A DNA stretch of 64,000 bases, taken from the NCBI GenBank assembly GCA_004022145.1, contig RCNU01000006.1. One strand, 5' to 3'. This DNA comes from Paecilomyces variotii. Lineage: Eukaryota. A program made the position numbers and the translations under genes. A model generated the notes under the pieces. That model did no database searches. It saw only the letters and a list, made by a program, of their open reading frames with translations, and was not told the DNA's origin. Within the stretch, counting starts at the first letter, position 1. Every line of letters begins with the position of its first letter. Shown here in pieces: positions 62,373-64,000 of this stretch.

Positions 62373-64000
62373 ATGCCTGTTTCCGTCCCCCACATCCATA
62401 GCCGCCGCCGCTCCTCTCTAAACAGTGAGTTCCGCCAAACTTTTTGCGTCATGCCTTCTCAGCAACCGACAACGTCCCTTCGATCTTACACGTACACTGA
62501 TACTTGAGGGCGCGAGACGTGTGATGGTCATGATGGCTGACAACTGGACCTCGCGTTTCCTTCACACTACAGGCAACAGGTCATCTGTCGATGAGTCCAA
62601 AGCTGAAGCGTCAGGCGCGGAAGATGAGACGGTCGTGGAGCCCGATCAGGGAAATGGTTAGTGCGAATACTGTGCTCAGTAGGATGCTGCGAAAACGACG
62701 GAGCATGGAAGCTGATCTTTGTGTGTGATCCCAGTCCTTTCACACATCATTTCACAGCTCCGTCCCGGAGCAGACTTGAGTCGTGTTGTCCTTCCTACGT
62801 TCATTCTAGAGCCCAGATCAATGCTGGAGCGGATCACAAAGTGCGTGCTAGCAGCTCGCCGCCCGAATTTCCTGGAAGCAGAAAGTATACTGATATGGTT
62901 TGCGATTCTTGCAGCTTCATGGCACATCCGGAGACGCTACTGCCCATCTCCACCATCGATGACCCCCTCGAGCGGTTTGTCGCCGTTGTCAAGTTCTACT
63001 TGAGCGGCTGGCATATCAAGCCTCCGTACGGAAACCTACATATAATCCCGGAAGAAGTGGCTGGCTGACTGGTTTATCTGTAGTGGTGTCAAAAAGCCCC
63101 TGAATCCTGTCCTTGGAGAGACCTTCACTTGCTGGTGGGATTATCCCGATGGCACGCGGGGATACTACGTCTCCGAGCAGACTTCTCATCATCCTCCCAA
63201 GTCGAGCTACTTCTTTATGGCGCCAGAGCACCATATCCGGATAGACGGCACTCTGAAGCCCAGAAGCAAGTTCCTGGGGAACTCCGCTGCCAGTATGATG
63301 GAGGGTATCGCTTTCCTGCGTCTACTGAACAGGGGCAGCGACAAGACGAAAGGAGAAAAATAGTATGTGCACAATTGCTGCGATTTGGTTATCGTCTGCG
63401 CGGTTTCTAACGAGGAACAGCACATTGACGCAGCCAAACATGTATGCCCGTGGAATACTCTTCGGCAAGATGAAGTATGAGCTGGGAGATCACAGCTTCG
63501 TTCGATGCCCAGAGAACAACCTGGTCGCAGACATCGAATTCAAAACGAAAGGATACTTCTCGGGTACCTACAACGCGCTTGGCGGAACCATCAAGAATGA
63601 GAAGACTGGGCAGGTTTACTACGAGCTTTCCGGTTTGTGGAACGGGGAAATGCATATCAAGAACGTCTCGGTAAGTAATCCTGTGGGCATAGCCAAGACA
63701 TTCTGCTGACATGCTGCACAAGACTGGCAAGAAGGAATTGCTCTTCAATGCCACCAACGCAAAATACACACCACCAAAGACTAGGCCACTCGAGGAGCAG
63801 ACTGAGCGAGAATCTCAAAAATTGTGGTACAACACAGTAAAAGCTCTGATTGCAAGGAACCACGATCTGGCAACAACAGAAAAATCCAAAGTTGAGGATC
63901 GCCAGCGAGAGGAGGCCGCCAAAAGAGTAGACGAAGGAGTTGAATGGAAGCCTAGACTTTTCCGCCCCGTTAAGGGAGGCCCGGGAGGTCCCGATGAAGG
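62373..64000 (+). CDS. Oxysterol-binding protein, Osh6/Osh7-like; runs off the right edge
   Basis: Exons 62373-62424, 62573-62656, 62735-62840, 62915-63025, 63084-63362, 63421-63670, 63723->64000; GADLSRVVLPTFILEPRSMLE, KKPLNPVLGETF, OSBP signature EQTSHHPP. Confidence 0.93.

Overview
Eukaryotic, intron-rich fungal genomic DNA (GT-AG introns with CTAAC/CTGAC branch sites; gene content typical of Eurotiomycetes such as Aspergillus/Paecilomyces/Talaromyces-like moulds; species not determinable from sequence alone). I reconstructed 19 mostly spliced protein-coding genes by hand: GH71 alpha-1,3-glucanase (first exon only, runs off the left edge), MEMO1-family protein, an uncharacterised PIP-box protein, Sm-like NatC subunit Mak31, PPZ phosphatase, an F-box-like protein, Utp4, a G1-type cyclin behind an ~11 kb gene-free tract, two LaeA-like methyltransferases, an O-methyltransferase, a 64-aa two-exon micro-gene, Srs2/UvrD helicase, an intronless acetamidase/formamidase, a cytochrome P450, nicotinamidase Pnc1, a GIG1/DUF3605 protein and an Osh6/7 oxysterol-binding protein (runs off the right edge), plus a truncated kinase-like remnant. 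I saw no rRNA, tRNA, CRISPR array or intact transposon. Best leads: (1) a 202-codon open frame directly behind and in frame with the PPZ stop codon, reachable by an alternative acceptor or by readthrough; (2) an uncharacterised protein with a PIP box/PIP-degron-like motif under a dense MCB-like promoter cluster; (3) the spliced 64-aa micro-gene; (4) a multi-intron, uORF-containing cyclin leader; (5) two recurrent intergenic motifs (ACTAACTAGAT, TACGGAGTA). All product calls are from motif recognition, not database searches.
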